Positions 44,061-55,251 of a stretch of DNA of 64,000 nt are shown here, piece after piece; positions within the stretch are counted from its first letter, which is position 1; every line of letters starts with the position of its first letter. A program made the translations under genes and the position numbers. The notes under the pieces are model-generated. The model worked only from the letters and a program-made list of their open reading frames with translations. It was not told the DNA's origin and searched no databases. The DNA lies in IMG/VR virus record IMGVR_UViG_3300025012_000008. The stretch is one strand, 5' to 3'. Source of the DNA: an uncultured virus (IMG/VR IMGVR_UViG_3300025012_000008) (lineage: Duplodnaviria > Heunggongvirae > Uroviricota > Caudoviricetes).

Positions 44061-44483
44061 ATGAGTTCAGAGGCAATCAGTGGTGTAGGAACAATTTTTA
44101 AAAGATCGGATATGGAAAGTTCACCGACTTTTAATGCAATCGCAGAAATTAACAGCGTCCAGGGGCCGGACAAAAGCAGGGCTGTAATCGATGTTACTCA
44201 TCTTGGAAGTACAGGTGGATATCGGGAATTTATCGCTGCTTTCAGGGATGGCGGACAGGTAGTTTTGGAAATGAACTATACCAGAGATGGATATCTGGAT
44301 ATGAATGACGACTTTGAGATTGATACCAGGGTTGATTATCAGATTGTTCTTCCAGATACTGGGAATACAACAATGGAATTTTCAGGCCTTGTTGTAAATC
44401 TTGGTCTTGGAGTTCCTTTGGATAACAAAATTACAGCTCCGGTCACTATCAAGATCAGCGGACCGGTAACAATTACCTCATAA
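44061..44483 (+). CDS. major tail tube protein
   Basis: IAEINSVQGP, IDVTHLGS..YREFIAAFRDGG, TIKISGP. Confidence 0.85.
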   Translation: MSSEAISGVGTIFKRSDMESSPTFNAIAEINSVQGPDKSRAVIDVTHLGSTGGYREFIAAFRDGGQVVLEMNYTRDGYLDMNDDFEIDTRVDYQIVLPDTGNTTMEFSGLVVNLGLGVPLDNKITAPVTIKISGPVTITS

Positions 44484-44529
44484 TCATTAATAAACCAGAA
44501 GTACATAAAACCAAGTAACGGAGAAACAA

Positions 44530-44937
44530 ATGGAAAATCAAGAGATGAAAGTACTGACAAAAAAAGACATTCTTCGAATCACTGAATTGAAGAGACAAAT
44601 GGTCGATGTCCCTGAATGGGGTGGAGCTGTTTGTGTTCAGGAGATGACAGGAGAAGCCAGGGCGGAATATGACAAATGGCTTGTGGAAAAAGGAAATGTT
44701 GGGGGGATGAGAATTAGGGTTTTGATTGCTACTGTAATCGACCCCGAAACCGGGAAACCAATGTTTTCTGAATTGGATATTCCTGATTTACTTTCAAAAT
44801 CGTCTTTGGCAATTGAAAGAATATCTGATGTTGGCGGGGATCTTTCCGGATTGAGTGAAAAGAAAAAGGGAGAGCAAATAAAAAACTCCGAAACAGTTCC
44901 GAACGTCGATTTGCCTTCCGACTCTGTAGAGAGTTAG
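44530..44937 (+). CDS. tail assembly chaperone (lambda gpG-like)
   Basis: VDVPEWGG, position between tail tube and tape measure genes, slippery site near the end. Confidence 0.85.
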   Translation: MENQEMKVLTKKDILRITELKRQMVDVPEWGGAVCVQEMTGEARAEYDKWLVEKGNVGGMRIRVLIATVIDPETGKPMFSELDIPDLLSKSSLAIERISDVGGDLSGLSEKKKGEQIKNSETVPNVDLPSDSVES

Positions 44938-45338
44938 GATATGTACATCCAGATTATTTATTCCAGCATCTTACATCAAGTCAATTCTCTGAATGGATGG
45001 CTTATGAGATGTTGGAACCGTTCGGGGCTGAACACGAGAGGAATTTAGCAAATTGGCAATGTATGACAACTGCCAATTTTTCACAGATGATGGTAAAGGA
45101 CGAAAAAGGAGAACGAAAGCTTTGGGAACCTTCAGATTTTATCCCGAATCCGATTGAAGAACCAAAGAAAGTTGAGGTAAAGAAAAAGCAAAGCACTGAA
45201 GAATTGAAAACGGCTTTGTTAGGACTTGCATCGAACAGTAAAAGAATCGAAGAGAAGAAAAAGAAAATAGCGGATAGAGCAGCAAAAAGAAATCAGGCAC
45301 GAAAAGTACGGAGAGAAAACAAATGCCACAAGATTTAG
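44880..45338 (+). CDS. -1 frameshift extension of the tail chaperone (gpGT-like)
   Basis: In-frame heptamer A AAA AAC at 44880-44886. The -1 frame stays open as LRNSSERRFAFRLCRELGYVHPDYL..SSQFSEWMAYEMLEPFG and joins the tracked ORF 44997-45338. Confidence 0.85.
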   Translation, partial: KKLRNSSERRFAFRLCRELGYVHPDYLFQHLTSSQFSEWMAYEMLEPFGAEHERNLANWQCMTTANFSQMMVKDEKGERKLWEPSDFIPNPIEEPKKVEVKKKQSTEELKTALLGLASNSKRIEEKKKKIADRAAKRNQARKVRRENKCHKI

Positions 45339-48127
45339 GGTTAATGTACGCAAGAATTCAGGCCGATACTTCCCAGTTAAAAAAGGCCGAGGGGGAAATA
45401 AAAGCCTTTTCCGGAAATGCTTCCGGCCTATTTTCAAAATCTTTTCTTGGCTTTACTTTAGGTGCTGCTGCTGCTACAAAATCGATCCAAATGATTAAGC
45501 AGGAGTTTATGTTTGGCCTTAAAGCGGTTGAGGATTTTGGAATGACAGTGGCAAAGTCAACCGCTTTAATCACTACTTTTTCGGCACGAGCAAAAAAAGG
45601 CGATTTGCAAGGAGCATTCATTGAAGCAAATAAATACGCAAAAGATTTATCCCTTACCTTGGAGATAATGGATTCACGCACTATTGCTACCGGTAGAGAT
45701 TTACAGGCAATGAGCGAAACTTTTATTGCTCAAGGAGTATTACTTGATATAAACAACAAAAAGCAGGTTGATGGATTTACAAGTGTCGCCAATGCTCTTT
45801 CTATTCTTACTGAAGGACAAAACAAAGACATTCAAATGCGGCAAGAAATTCGTGGATTGATGGATGGAAAGATTAGACAAGAAGATAAACTTGGAATGCT
45901 GTTAAAAGCGCAAATTCCAGATATTGAAAAGCAATTAAAACTTTGGCAAAAAGAAGGAACGGTCTTAGAACATTTGGGCGGATTGTTAGAAGGATTTAAT
46001 GCAATAACTGGATTGCTACAGGATCAATGGGCGACAGTAGGAACAACAATGGAAACTATTCATACTCGTGTTTTACGTGGTATGATGGAACCTGTTTTCA
46101 AAGATTTGATCAAATTGGCAAAAGAATTAAATGCTACATTCATGGATTCGGAGGGAAATTTAACAACTTTTGCTAGAGGGTTGGTTAAAGTCGCCAACGA
46201 AGGATATGATGGAGCAAAAAGAATAGGGAATGCCTATGCTGATATTGCAACAAAATTAGGCCCATTGGGATTAGTGATAAAAATAGTAGGGGCTGAGGGC
46301 GAATGGATAATTGAAAAAATTACAGAAGCAGGAATGACCGGAGTAGAAAAAACAAAAAATGAAATAGTTTTGTTAGAAAAAGAATTAGAGAGTATGAAAT
46401 CATTTGGGGAAAAATGGTGGCAGCTTTCTATTTTTAAAGATTCTGTTTCTGATATTGAGGCAAGGAAGAATAAAATTGCAGAGATGTATTCTTCTATTCG
46501 TGATTCTGAAAACGAAATGGCGAGAGAAAAAGGAAGAATGGAAGGAGGAGGAAAAACAACTGTCCCAATTCTTGCCCCACCTGCTGATGATACAAAAAGT
46601 AAAGGTCGTGCTGAAAACTGGAATGCAGTTCTGAATGCTCAAATTGCCTATTTGAAATCAGCAGAAGAAAGGAAGATGGCGATTATTCTTGCTTCTAACT
46701 CTCTTGAACAAGAATACAATCAAAATGCTTATGACTTAGGGCTTTCCGATTATCAGACATATTTGGAAAAGAAACAAGCATTAACCGAATCGGCATTGCA
46801 AGCAAATTTAGATTCGAAGAAAAAAGAACTTTCTGATGCTGAAGAAGCACTCGGCAAACTTTCCCCATCTACAGATAAACAAGGGAATGTTCGTGCCGAT
46901 AAAGATGCTCAAGCCGAATTCCAGGCATTACAAAAGATCGAAGAAGCAAAACAAGGAGTAATTGAAGCTGAGAACCAATTAACAATGGCTCGGATTCAAG
47001 GAGCAAAAGAAACTGTTGATAAAAACAAGGAAGTACAAAACAGCTACAAGCAAATCGAAATTCAGTTGTTGGAGATGAGCGGAAAGCCGATTGAAGCCGC
47101 GAAACTTCAGGCCCAAATGGACGAAGAATCAATTGAAAGAAAACAATTGATTGAAGCAGCTATTAACAAAATAGCAGGGGCACAGGAAGCACTTGACAAT
47201 TTAAGAAAGCAATCCAGTTTAGAAATAAGAAATAAAGAACTGGATGAAATCTCAAGAAAATTACAAGCACAACAATCAATTACTGAAATAAATAATGAAT
47301 ATGGAAAATCAAGAGACATACAGATCCAACTTTTAAAAGTAGAAAAGGAAAGAGCAAAATTAAATGGAGCATTAAAGGAACAAATTGAATTGTTGGATGA
47401 ACAAAATCAGGCCTTGGAGGATTTAAAAACTCCGATTGGAGCGCTTAATAAAGGTTGGGAAGATGCAACAGCAAGGTGGCGTGATCAAGCACTGGTAATG
47501 CAGGACATTGCAAGAGAAACCGCCCAGATTATGCAATCCGCATTTTCTGATTTCTTTTTTGACGTTCTTGAAGGGAAATTGAAAACTGTAGGAGATTATT
47601 CTCGTTCGTTTCTTCGTGCGATAAACCAGGAAATTGCCAATACGCTTGCCAAAACAGTTGTATCTAACATGAGCGGCACAGGAAGTGCTATAAGTGGATT
47701 GGTGGGAATGTTTGGGGGAATGTTTAGTGGTGGAGGCGGGACTTCAACTTCTGGTGTTAACCAAACATGGAGTAATGCCATAGTTGAACATGGGGGAGGT
47801 GTTGTTGGTGTAGACAAAACAACGTCCAGGATTCAATCCACAGCGTCTTTTTCAGGAGTGCCTAGATATCATCAGGGCTTGGCAAACGACGAATTTAGAG
47901 CTATTTTGAAAAGAAAGGAAATGGTATTGACAGAAGGACAGCAGAGTACTCTTTCTTCGATGATTGCTGATAGAAGGCCTGGAATTGGATTTGAAAACAA
48001 AACTTCTAATTCAATTAATGTCCCGATTACCGTAAATAATGCACCTTATTTGTCAAAAGAAATTTCAACAGAATTAAAAAGGAAAATTGAAAAACTTATT
48101 GTTGAAACAATGAAGGAGCATTCATAA
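45323..48127 (+). CDS. tape measure protein
   Basis: 934 aa helical protein, DLGLMYARIQADTS start, HGGGVV..PRYHQG..EFRAIL C-terminus. Confidence 0.9.
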   Translation: MPQDLGLMYARIQADTSQLKKAEGEIKAFSGNASGLFSKSFLGFTLGAAAATKSIQMIKQEFMFGLKAVEDFGMTVAKSTALITTFSARAKKGDLQGAFIEANKYAKDLSLTLEIMDSRTIATGRDLQAMSETFIAQGVLLDINNKKQVDGFTSVANALSILTEGQNKDIQMRQEIRGLMDGKIRQEDKLGMLLKAQIPDIEKQLKLWQKEGTVLEHLGGLLEGFNAITGLLQDQWATVGTTMETIHTRVLRGMMEPVFKDLIKLAKELNATFMDSEGNLTTFARGLVKVANEGYDGAKRIGNAYADIATKLGPLGLVIKIVGAEGEWIIEKITEAGMTGVEKTKNEIVLLEKELESMKSFGEKWWQLSIFKDSVSDIEARKNKIAEMYSSIRDSENEMAREKGRMEGGGKTTVPILAPPADDTKSKGRAENWNAVLNAQIAYLKSAEERKMAIILASNSLEQEYNQNAYDLGLSDYQTYLEKKQALTESALQANLDSKKKELSDAEEALGKLSPSTDKQGNVRADKDAQAEFQALQKIEEAKQGVIEAENQLTMARIQGAKETVDKNKEVQNSYKQIEIQLLEMSGKPIEAAKLQAQMDEESIERKQLIEAAINKIAGAQEALDNLRKQSSLEIRNKELDEISRKLQAQQSITEINNEYGKSRDIQIQLLKVEKERAKLNGALKEQIELLDEQNQALEDLKTPIGALNKGWEDATARWRDQALVMQDIARETAQIMQSAFSDFFFDVLEGKLKTVGDYSRSFLRAINQEIANTLAKTVVSNMSGTGSAISGLVGMFGGMFSGGGGTSTSGVNQTWSNAIVEHGGGVVGVDKTTSRIQSTASFSGVPRYHQGLANDEFRAILKRKEMVLTEGQQSTLSSMIADRRPGIGFENKTSNSINVPITVNNAPYLSKEISTELKRKIEKLIVETMKEHS

Positions 48128-48495
48128 TGGCTAAAATGGTTATTGGCAGTTATACAATGGAGGACAACCCATCGGAAGTTTCTGATTTGATGACTCCTGT
48201 ACGTCATACTGCTGCTGTAAAGACATATACATCAATTGCTTTCTTTTCATGGGGTAGTTCTATGAAGGGAAAAGAAATTACGCTTAGATGGCTTGGTATG
48301 ACAACGGAGCAATATGATATCCATGAAGCTCAATTAGTAAATGATGTTTCACTTGCTTTCAATCCTCAAGACGGAAGTTCTCAAACTTTTACAGTGGAAA
48401 TGAGAAGATTGTCAGGAGGAATGCATATGACAACAGATGGAACCCATCGGGTGAATGTTGAAATGGATTTACTTTTTATAAGCGAAGGTGCATAA
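48127..48495 (+). CDS. distal tail protein-like
   Basis: 122 aa ORF directly after the TMP. Confidence 0.55.
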   Translation: MAKMVIGSYTMEDNPSEVSDLMTPVRHTAAVKTYTSIAFFSWGSSMKGKEITLRWLGMTTEQYDIHEAQLVNDVSLAFNPQDGSSQTFTVEMRRLSGGMHMTTDGTHRVNVEMDLLFISEGA

Positions 48496-51400
48496 ATGGC
48501 TCTTTCTTTATCAGCCCCATTATTAGCTGCTCAGACTTCTGAATCCCGAAGGCCAATTATGACCATGTCTTCAGGAAGGTTGAGTTTTGACTTCCCTTTG
48601 ATCGGTAAATCTTTTGATAATACTGAAGAAGATAATGAGGATTGTTCTTTTGGTTTATTTTTGAATGATGGGAGGTTAGGAGTATTTTTTACTATCGATG
48701 GAGGAGATGGAACTGATTATTTAAGATATGTTTATACTGATGATGAGGTAACATATTTTAGTGATTATGTAAATGTGGAATCGTCAATTGAATCATCTTA
48801 TGAATATATTGATGGAATTGTAGATACAGATACAGGGAATATATTTCTTGCGGCTCAATATGGTGCAAATTATTTAAGGATGTATCGAATTTCCCCTTAT
48901 GGGGTGAAATTAGGATCTACGGAAATTGGGATAACTGGTTTGTTAGGAGTTTCCGTAGTTGAGACAGAAACAGGTTATATAGCAATTTATATTCGGTTAG
49001 ATACCGGTTCATATTCTTTTAATTTGATAACATCGAGTGATTTCATAACTTGGTCTGCTCCTACTGTTTTATCAATATTTGGGGATATCCCTGGAGATGA
49101 TGTTTTCGATGATACTTATCCGGTGAAACATCCTAAATTGTTTAAACTGGAAGATGATACATATATTTTGTTTTTTTCATATGCTTCAATTTTAATTGGA
49201 GATTCTGTTTTATACAATATAGCATATTCGACAACAATTGATCTATCGACATTTGAGGACTTTCTTCCTGTAACGACAAATACTGATATTTACAAAGATT
49301 ATGTTTATCCTGACGTACAACAAAGAAATGATGGAAGTTTATTTGTTGTGATAGAAGAGGACAATACTTACTTAACAATGGATAATAGTACATTTGGTTG
49401 GTATGGAAATAGTAATTTTCAGCCAACCAATATGTATGTTGATGACATAAATGGTAAACTATATGTAACTGCTATTAATTATCAAGCTGGTAGTGGATAC
49501 CTTCTAAGTGCGTTTGTTCAGATTGACATCGCTACTTGGACGATTGATAAAATGTATAATGATATAACAACCCCACCAGTGCCTCCATTTTTCTTTTCAG
49601 GTTCTCTTGCTGGTCCACCGGATAAATGTTTAAACGCAACTGAATTATGCTGCTCTTTCATTGAAGGAACTTTAGGAATTTGCGTTGCTGATTTTAGCAC
49701 TGATACAATTCGAGGATTTTATTTAGATGATTATTCTGTTGAATGGGGTTCTTCCGCTGCTCAAAATGTAAATCATGACCTCTATTCCGACGATTACTGG
49801 AATAGCTGGGGAACATGGACTATTCGAAATTTAGCAATCATAGACAATAAACTATATATTGCGCTTGAGAATGGACATATCTTTGCCTCAAATCAATTTT
49901 TAGTTGGATATATAGATTTATCTGACGGTACACCTCCATATGATTTTGTGGTTATTGGGGCATATGGGGGTGGAGGTGATCCTGTAAGTTCAAAGTTATA
50001 TCAAACGAAAGCAAAATTTTATCCCAATGATGAAATTATTATTGTAACCAGTGCTTTTTATCCTGTCGGCGGCAGTCTTCCCGTGCAATTCATCACAATG
50101 AGTATGGTGGATGGAGCGGTTCTTTCATTTGAGCAAACCACTTACATTAATTTTCCGTATAAAGGGTTTTCGGAAGCTGTTTATATCGATGGAATAGTTT
50201 ATGCGATAGCGGTCTACGATTCAACGATTTATGACGAAAGAAATAAGTGGGGGCTTTGTGAATTAGATACCGCTGATGGACATACTGAATACCATTATCC
50301 TCCATGGGAAACATCTCCTGGAAATACCATGTGGGACATGGTTGTAAATGAAGCGACTTATGAAATAATGATTCGGACAACCCATGGAGCCAGTATTTTC
50401 AACTATGTTTCGAAGACATGGGCAAGGGTTGATAATGAATCTTTAAATGAAATGCCCCCAGATACAAACGACAGGGGAATTGCTTATAGCCTTACATATG
50501 ATGTCTTTTTTTATGGTGGCTCAAATTCCATTTACTATGTTCCAAGAAATGGAGTAATTCAGAAAGTAAAATATTCGTTAGGAACATTTGGGGTTTCAAC
50601 TTGGGAATTTGCTTCACTTGAATTATTGGCTCTTGGAAATTCAAATCAAAATCCTTGTGTGATCAGAAGATCAGACGGACTTTTATATTTCACCTGGACA
50701 AATGTTTCTGGTTCATACGATACTATTTACTGGGATAGACAAGAAGCATTTATTTCACTGGATGATTATATTGTCGGGGAAATAATGACCCATTTCAATG
50801 TTGAAGGAGATCCAAATAAATTAAAATTTACGGTTTCTCATGGACATTTATTTGATCCTCATAATGATAATTCTTTACTCCGCCCATTTGTTGAAAAAGG
50901 AAAACAAATACAACTACAATATGGGGAAAGAATAAATGATATCAATTATTGGGCATATCAGGGAATGTTTACAATAACAACTCAAGAAGTTTCGTATGAA
51001 AATGGGGTGTATCCTGTAATGGAAATTACAGCAGAAGATATTCGGTCATTATGGGCTTTGAATCAAGTTCCTGTTGCAAATATTACCTTGAGATCACCTG
51101 AAGATGCATTGATTGATATTATTACAGCTGAAACCGAGATTGCAGCAGAAGATATTGACATTCCAACCATGGCTTTGAGTTTTGAATTTGATGCACAATG
51201 GATTGACGCTTATTTACAGGATATTATTGATGACATCTCCCATAGGTTTCAACATTTCTGTATTATTGATATGCAAGGAAATGTTGAATTTCGTCCATTT
51301 AATTTTGATTCATCATCGGATAACAATCATTATCCTGCACAGATTAGAAGATTTTTAATTGACAGTACATATTCTGATTTGACAAATAGGTATACCGTTA

Positions 51401-52197
51401 CTGGACAATCTCAATATGATTTTCAGACATTATTTGCAGAGGAACGTGTTGGAAGTTTAAACGGTACGGTTGGTTGGTATGGATATAAAAAAGACTTTCA
51501 AATATGGTACTCTGAGGATAAATCAAGAAGATGCCAATACCCAAGGCTAGAAGTTTTAGAATCAAGTACGTCAATTCTTTTTAAACTTGCCGGGGCAATA
51601 GAAGAAGAACTTCTTGACGTAGATCCTGATATGAAATATTGCATTATTGAGGTAAGGGCACCAAATTTAATCCCGTTCTTAATTGCAGGAATTGCTATTT
51701 TTTTGGTAGGGATGGTGATTGGAGATAAAACAACCATGCCATATACCACTCCATATGGGAGGATAATTGAAGGTTTGGGAACATATATGATTTCAATGAC
51801 TTTGGGGTCAATCGGAAATTTTCAATACGCTATTCATGCACAACCTGTTGGATATTTGAAAAGGGAATATATTGTATCAGCAAATGACCTTGAATTACAA
51901 CAAGAATCTCATCAAATTACAGAACAGAAAATAGAAGGATTTATTTGTTATAATACAGATCATTGCCAGGATGTCGCTGATTTCGAATTGGAGATAGCAA
52001 GGGCACAAAGATCAAGAGTAAAGGTTGAAAAAATAACACACCTTCAAGATGAGGCGGGGGATATTATATCAATTATTCATCCATATACCCAAAGAGTTAA
52101 AAAGATGTTTATTGCCGATCTAACAAGGCGATTTAAGGCATCTGTTGGGAAAGATAACGGATATTTTCTTGATGAAATAGAAGGGTGGATAATATGA
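48496..52197 (+). CDS. large tail tip/hub protein with beta-propeller-like insertion
   Basis: 1233 aa, acidic and aromatic beta-rich; hub-like C-terminal third; position. Confidence 0.65.
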   Translation: MALSLSAPLLAAQTSESRRPIMTMSSGRLSFDFPLIGKSFDNTEEDNEDCSFGLFLNDGRLGVFFTIDGGDGTDYLRYVYTDDEVTYFSDYVNVESSIESSYEYIDGIVDTDTGNIFLAAQYGANYLRMYRISPYGVKLGSTEIGITGLLGVSVVETETGYIAIYIRLDTGSYSFNLITSSDFITWSAPTVLSIFGDIPGDDVFDDTYPVKHPKLFKLEDDTYILFFSYASILIGDSVLYNIAYSTTIDLSTFEDFLPVTTNTDIYKDYVYPDVQQRNDGSLFVVIEEDNTYLTMDNSTFGWYGNSNFQPTNMYVDDINGKLYVTAINYQAGSGYLLSAFVQIDIATWTIDKMYNDITTPPVPPFFFSGSLAGPPDKCLNATELCCSFIEGTLGICVADFSTDTIRGFYLDDYSVEWGSSAAQNVNHDLYSDDYWNSWGTWTIRNLAIIDNKLYIALENGHIFASNQFLVGYIDLSDGTPPYDFVVIGAYGGGGDPVSSKLYQTKAKFYPNDEIIIVTSAFYPVGGSLPVQFITMSMVDGAVLSFEQTTYINFPYKGFSEAVYIDGIVYAIAVYDSTIYDERNKWGLCELDTADGHTEYHYPPWETSPGNTMWDMVVNEATYEIMIRTTHGASIFNYVSKTWARVDNESLNEMPPDTNDRGIAYSLTYDVFFYGGSNSIYYVPRNGVIQKVKYSLGTFGVSTWEFASLELLALGNSNQNPCVIRRSDGLLYFTWTNVSGSYDTIYWDRQEAFISLDDYIVGEIMTHFNVEGDPNKLKFTVSHGHLFDPHNDNSLLRPFVEKGKQIQLQYGERINDINYWAYQGMFTITTQEVSYENGVYPVMEITAEDIRSLWALNQVPVANITLRSPEDALIDIITAETEIAAEDIDIPTMALSFEFDAQWIDAYLQDIIDDISHRFQHFCIIDMQGNVEFRPFNFDSSSDNNHYPAQIRRFLIDSTYSDLTNRYTVTGQSQYDFQTLFAEERVGSLNGTVGWYGYKKDFQIWYSEDKSRRCQYPRLEVLESSTSILFKLAGAIEEELLDVDPDMKYCIIEVRAPNLIPFLIAGIAIFLVGMVIGDKTTMPYTTPYGRIIEGLGTYMISMTLGSIGNFQYAIHAQPVGYLKREYIVSANDLELQQESHQITEQKIEGFICYNTDHCQDVADFELEIARAQRSRVKVEKITHLQDEAGDIISIIHPYTQRVKKMFIADLTRRFKASVGKDNGYFLDEIEGWII

Positions 52198-53291
52198 CAA
52201 TTCACTCTCTTAAAAAGAAAATAATTCGAGTCCAGGCAAAAAGAGCAGCAGCCTTGAGGCAAGAAACTCGTGATGGGGTATTGTGGGATATAGTTTCTGA
52301 GCAAAAACTTTGCCGGGTAAAGGTTCTTGGTTCAAATACTCTAATTGAGTGCAAATATCCTGAGAATTGGCAGCAAACCCCTATGTGGATGAAACCTCGT
52401 ACATCGGTAAGAATCGCACATAGAGGAGGGAACAGACATTCTTTTGAGGTTGTTGGAGATGGTTTGTTTATTCCCACCCCAACAATTGATAGTGAAACTG
52501 GAATAAGTAATCCTGCTTTGCCCGATATTCCTCCGGGAGTTGATACGATTCTAACAGGATGTAATGTATATTCTCTTGAAATTCCCGGAATGCAAGTTTG
52601 GGTAAAAATGGGAACATATCGAATTGATGGAACCCATTATACAACAGATTATATGGAAATGGCTGATGATTCTGTTTGTGATATGTCAAGCGGTGTTCCT
52701 ATGGGACAAACCGTTGGAGTTTATAATATTTCTGCTGCACATGCAACTTTATGGAGAATGGATAGATTGATTATTGGAACAGATAAAGTTGTTCATGTAT
52801 TAACCGGGGATAACGCTATTAATTCTCCTGATGCCCCTGAAACAACAGCCAATCACGTTTCTTTGAATACTGTTTTAATCCCTCCTGGGTGCACAGAAAT
52901 TACCCAAGATTTGATCGGAAGAGAATTCCTTGATCCTTATGCTTCATTAATTGAAGTAAGTTCAATCGACGGAAATCTATATTGGGAAGAAGAGTCGACA
53001 GCAATTAATTTGACAGTAAAAGATCAATATGGAAATCCGATATTAGGTTCAAGTTTGTATATTGCTTGTTCTATTACAAGTGGAAGTGGAACACTTTCGA
53101 CAAGTTTAATAAGTGTAAATCCATTAGCTGGAACAGCATCGTTAACATATACAAGAGAAGAAGGATATGCAGAATCGAGTTCTAATATTGAATCTGGACC
53201 TGTATTTTTGAATTTTGTATTGTCAAGTAATTCATTAATTTCAATGATTGCTGGAATTGTACTTTATGACGAATTAGGAGAACCAATATGA
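52194..53291 (+). CDS. tail tip/spike-associated protein; start probably ATG 52194
   Basis: OB-like N-terminus; RMDRLII fibre-anchor-like motif; Ig-like C-terminus (TVKDQYGNP). Confidence 0.55.
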   Translation: MTIHSLKKKIIRVQAKRAAALRQETRDGVLWDIVSEQKLCRVKVLGSNTLIECKYPENWQQTPMWMKPRTSVRIAHRGGNRHSFEVVGDGLFIPTPTIDSETGISNPALPDIPPGVDTILTGCNVYSLEIPGMQVWVKMGTYRIDGTHYTTDYMEMADDSVCDMSSGVPMGQTVGVYNISAAHATLWRMDRLIIGTDKVVHVLTGDNAINSPDAPETTANHVSLNTVLIPPGCTEITQDLIGREFLDPYASLIEVSSIDGNLYWEEESTAINLTVKDQYGNPILGSSLYIACSITSGSGTLSTSLISVNPLAGTASLTYTREEGYAESSSNIESGPVFLNFVLSSNSLISMIAGIVLYDELGEPI

Positions 53292-53482
53292 ACGATGAAC
53301 TTGCAATTGAAATGGTCACTGCTTTAAAAGGAATTCACGAAGAATTGAAAATACTGAATAGTTATTTTGGAAAAATTAGACCACCTTCGTATCAACAAAC
53401 AGATCAAGTAAATGAATTAACTGGATTAGTTACAAATTTATTGAAAGGATTTGTACCTGGAGGAACTGTAAATGGGAAGTAA
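53288..53482 (+). CDS. hypothetical protein
   Basis: 64 aa, ATGA coupling. Confidence 0.55.
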   Translation: MNDELAIEMVTALKGIHEELKILNSYFGKIRPPSYQQTDQVNELTGLVTNLLKGFVPGGTVNGK

Positions 53483-54263
53483 TTATCATTCAGCATGGAT
53501 TGTTGGATCAAACTTTAATCCAACAGAAATGGAAGGCCGATTAGATGATTTGGATTTGGCTATTACTTATGCAAGAAAACCTATTGTTGCTTGTGATGGA
53601 GAATTGTCTTTCGACTCCAGTACAAATACCTTAACTTGGTCTGATGTTATTCGGATTTGGTTTGTCAGGGAAGATGGACAAAGTATCCTAAATACAATTG
53701 CAGCTGGGAATATTGTTATTACTTCAGGGTATTTCATTTATGTAACGCTGAACGAAACAAATAATACCGTCTTAACAGTTTCACAAGCAGCAATTACAAC
53801 TGGAACAGCATCTAATTTCAAAGCAAACACTGTTTTAGTCCTCGGAATTCACAATTCAGTTATTGATGAATTTTATTGTACTAATTTGTTCCAGGCTTTA
53901 AAAAGTAATGAGACAAATCCTTTTGATGTCCATCTTTTTTATCCTGGAATTCCTGAACCAGCAACAACAATGCTATACGTTCCTCTTGCGCGTGCTGTTT
54001 CTTTTCCAGCAAACTTTTCTGGAAGTTATGCAACGGCTGAATTTGCAGCAACAGCAGAATTTATTTTAGAAATTGAGAAAAATGAAGTTCAGGTTGGAAC
54101 AATTACTTTTGCTGATTCTGCATATGTTGGAACTTTTGCTTCATCCGGGGGGAATCCTGTTTCATTTGTTGCTGGAGATGAAATTGGAATTGTTTCCGAA
54201 AGTGTTTCTTCGGCAGATGCTACTTTGGCAAATATTGGAATTGTTTTAGCAGGAACAAGATAA
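53472..54263 (+). CDS. tail fibre/baseplate-associated protein
   Basis: Beta-rich 263 aa ORF in the tail module. Confidence 0.55.
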   Translation: MGSNYHSAWIVGSNFNPTEMEGRLDDLDLAITYARKPIVACDGELSFDSSTNTLTWSDVIRIWFVREDGQSILNTIAAGNIVITSGYFIYVTLNETNNTVLTVSQAAITTGTASNFKANTVLVLGIHNSVIDEFYCTNLFQALKSNETNPFDVHLFYPGIPEPATTMLYVPLARAVSFPANFSGSYATAEFAATAEFILEIEKNEVQVGTITFADSAYVGTFASSGGNPVSFVAGDEIGIVSESVSSADATLANIGIVLAGTR

Positions 54264-54270
54264 GGAGAAA

Positions 54271-55251
54271 ATGATGGCTGTAGATAATTTTTTCACAGGG
54301 TTTGAGGGGTGTGGGCAGACGAGTGATATAGTGTCAATGTTCGACTCGACTTATCAGGTCACATATTCAGCAACGAATGGGTATGATAATGGAAAGTGCA
54401 TATATCATAATTATACGTACTTTACTAAAAATATAACTGGCAGGAAAACTGTAGTGACAGGATTTCATAAAAGGTCGTTGTCAACAGGTAACGATGGAAG
54501 CCTTCAACACATGTTGGTGCGATTCAATGCTGGCGGGGTCTATCTAAAACTGTACAACATGGCCACAGGGCTAGAACTGTATAGGGATGCGACCCTCATT
54601 GCGTCATCGGCTACGGTAATAGGTACAGCCCTTACTCATATTGAAGTTGAAATATTATCGGACGCAAGCGCAGGAACAATCGAAGTACGACTTAATGGAT
54701 CGGCGGTAACGTTTGACAATCCGACAGGGTTGAACACTGGAGGAGCTGATATCACACAAGTCCTCTGGGGTGGGGCTGGTACGCACTATACAGACAATGT
54801 GTATATAGCTACTGACTTTCAAGGAGAAATGTATTCAGTCCTGTGTAATCCTTCCGCCGATAGCTCAGTCCAATTTACCCCATCGGCAGGTAGTAATTAT
54901 ACTTGCATAGATGAGGATGCACAGAACGGAGATACTGATTACGTTGAATCTAGTACAGTTGGGCATAAGGATCTGTATGCGTTTGAGGACATAGCTACTA
55001 GTGATATTGTTGTAAAATTTGTATCTCTTGTTACAGTGGCAAAAAAAGATGATGCAGGTGCAAGGACCCTCACTCCAATAGCAGAGCAAGATGCTTCTGA
55101 GTATGATCAGACTACAATAGTATTAGCAACATCCTATCCGGCAACGGCTGGCACTGCGTCAGTAAACACATTTGATGTAGCTCCTGATACTCAAGCATGG
55201 ACTCCTACAATTTTTAACGCAATGACTTGGGGATTTAAGGTGGCAGTATGA
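54271..55251 (+). CDS. putative receptor-binding/tail fibre protein
   Basis: FTGFEG start, lectin-like beta pattern, YTCIDE..NGDTDYVES, WT...FNAMTWGFK. Confidence 0.55.
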   Translation: MMAVDNFFTGFEGCGQTSDIVSMFDSTYQVTYSATNGYDNGKCIYHNYTYFTKNITGRKTVVTGFHKRSLSTGNDGSLQHMLVRFNAGGVYLKLYNMATGLELYRDATLIASSATVIGTALTHIEVEILSDASAGTIEVRLNGSAVTFDNPTGLNTGGADITQVLWGGAGTHYTDNVYIATDFQGEMYSVLCNPSADSSVQFTPSAGSNYTCIDEDAQNGDTDYVESSTVGHKDLYAFEDIATSDIVVKFVSLVTVAKKDDAGARTLTPIAEQDASEYDQTTIVLATSYPATAGTASVNTFDVAPDTQAWTPTIFNAMTWGFKVAV

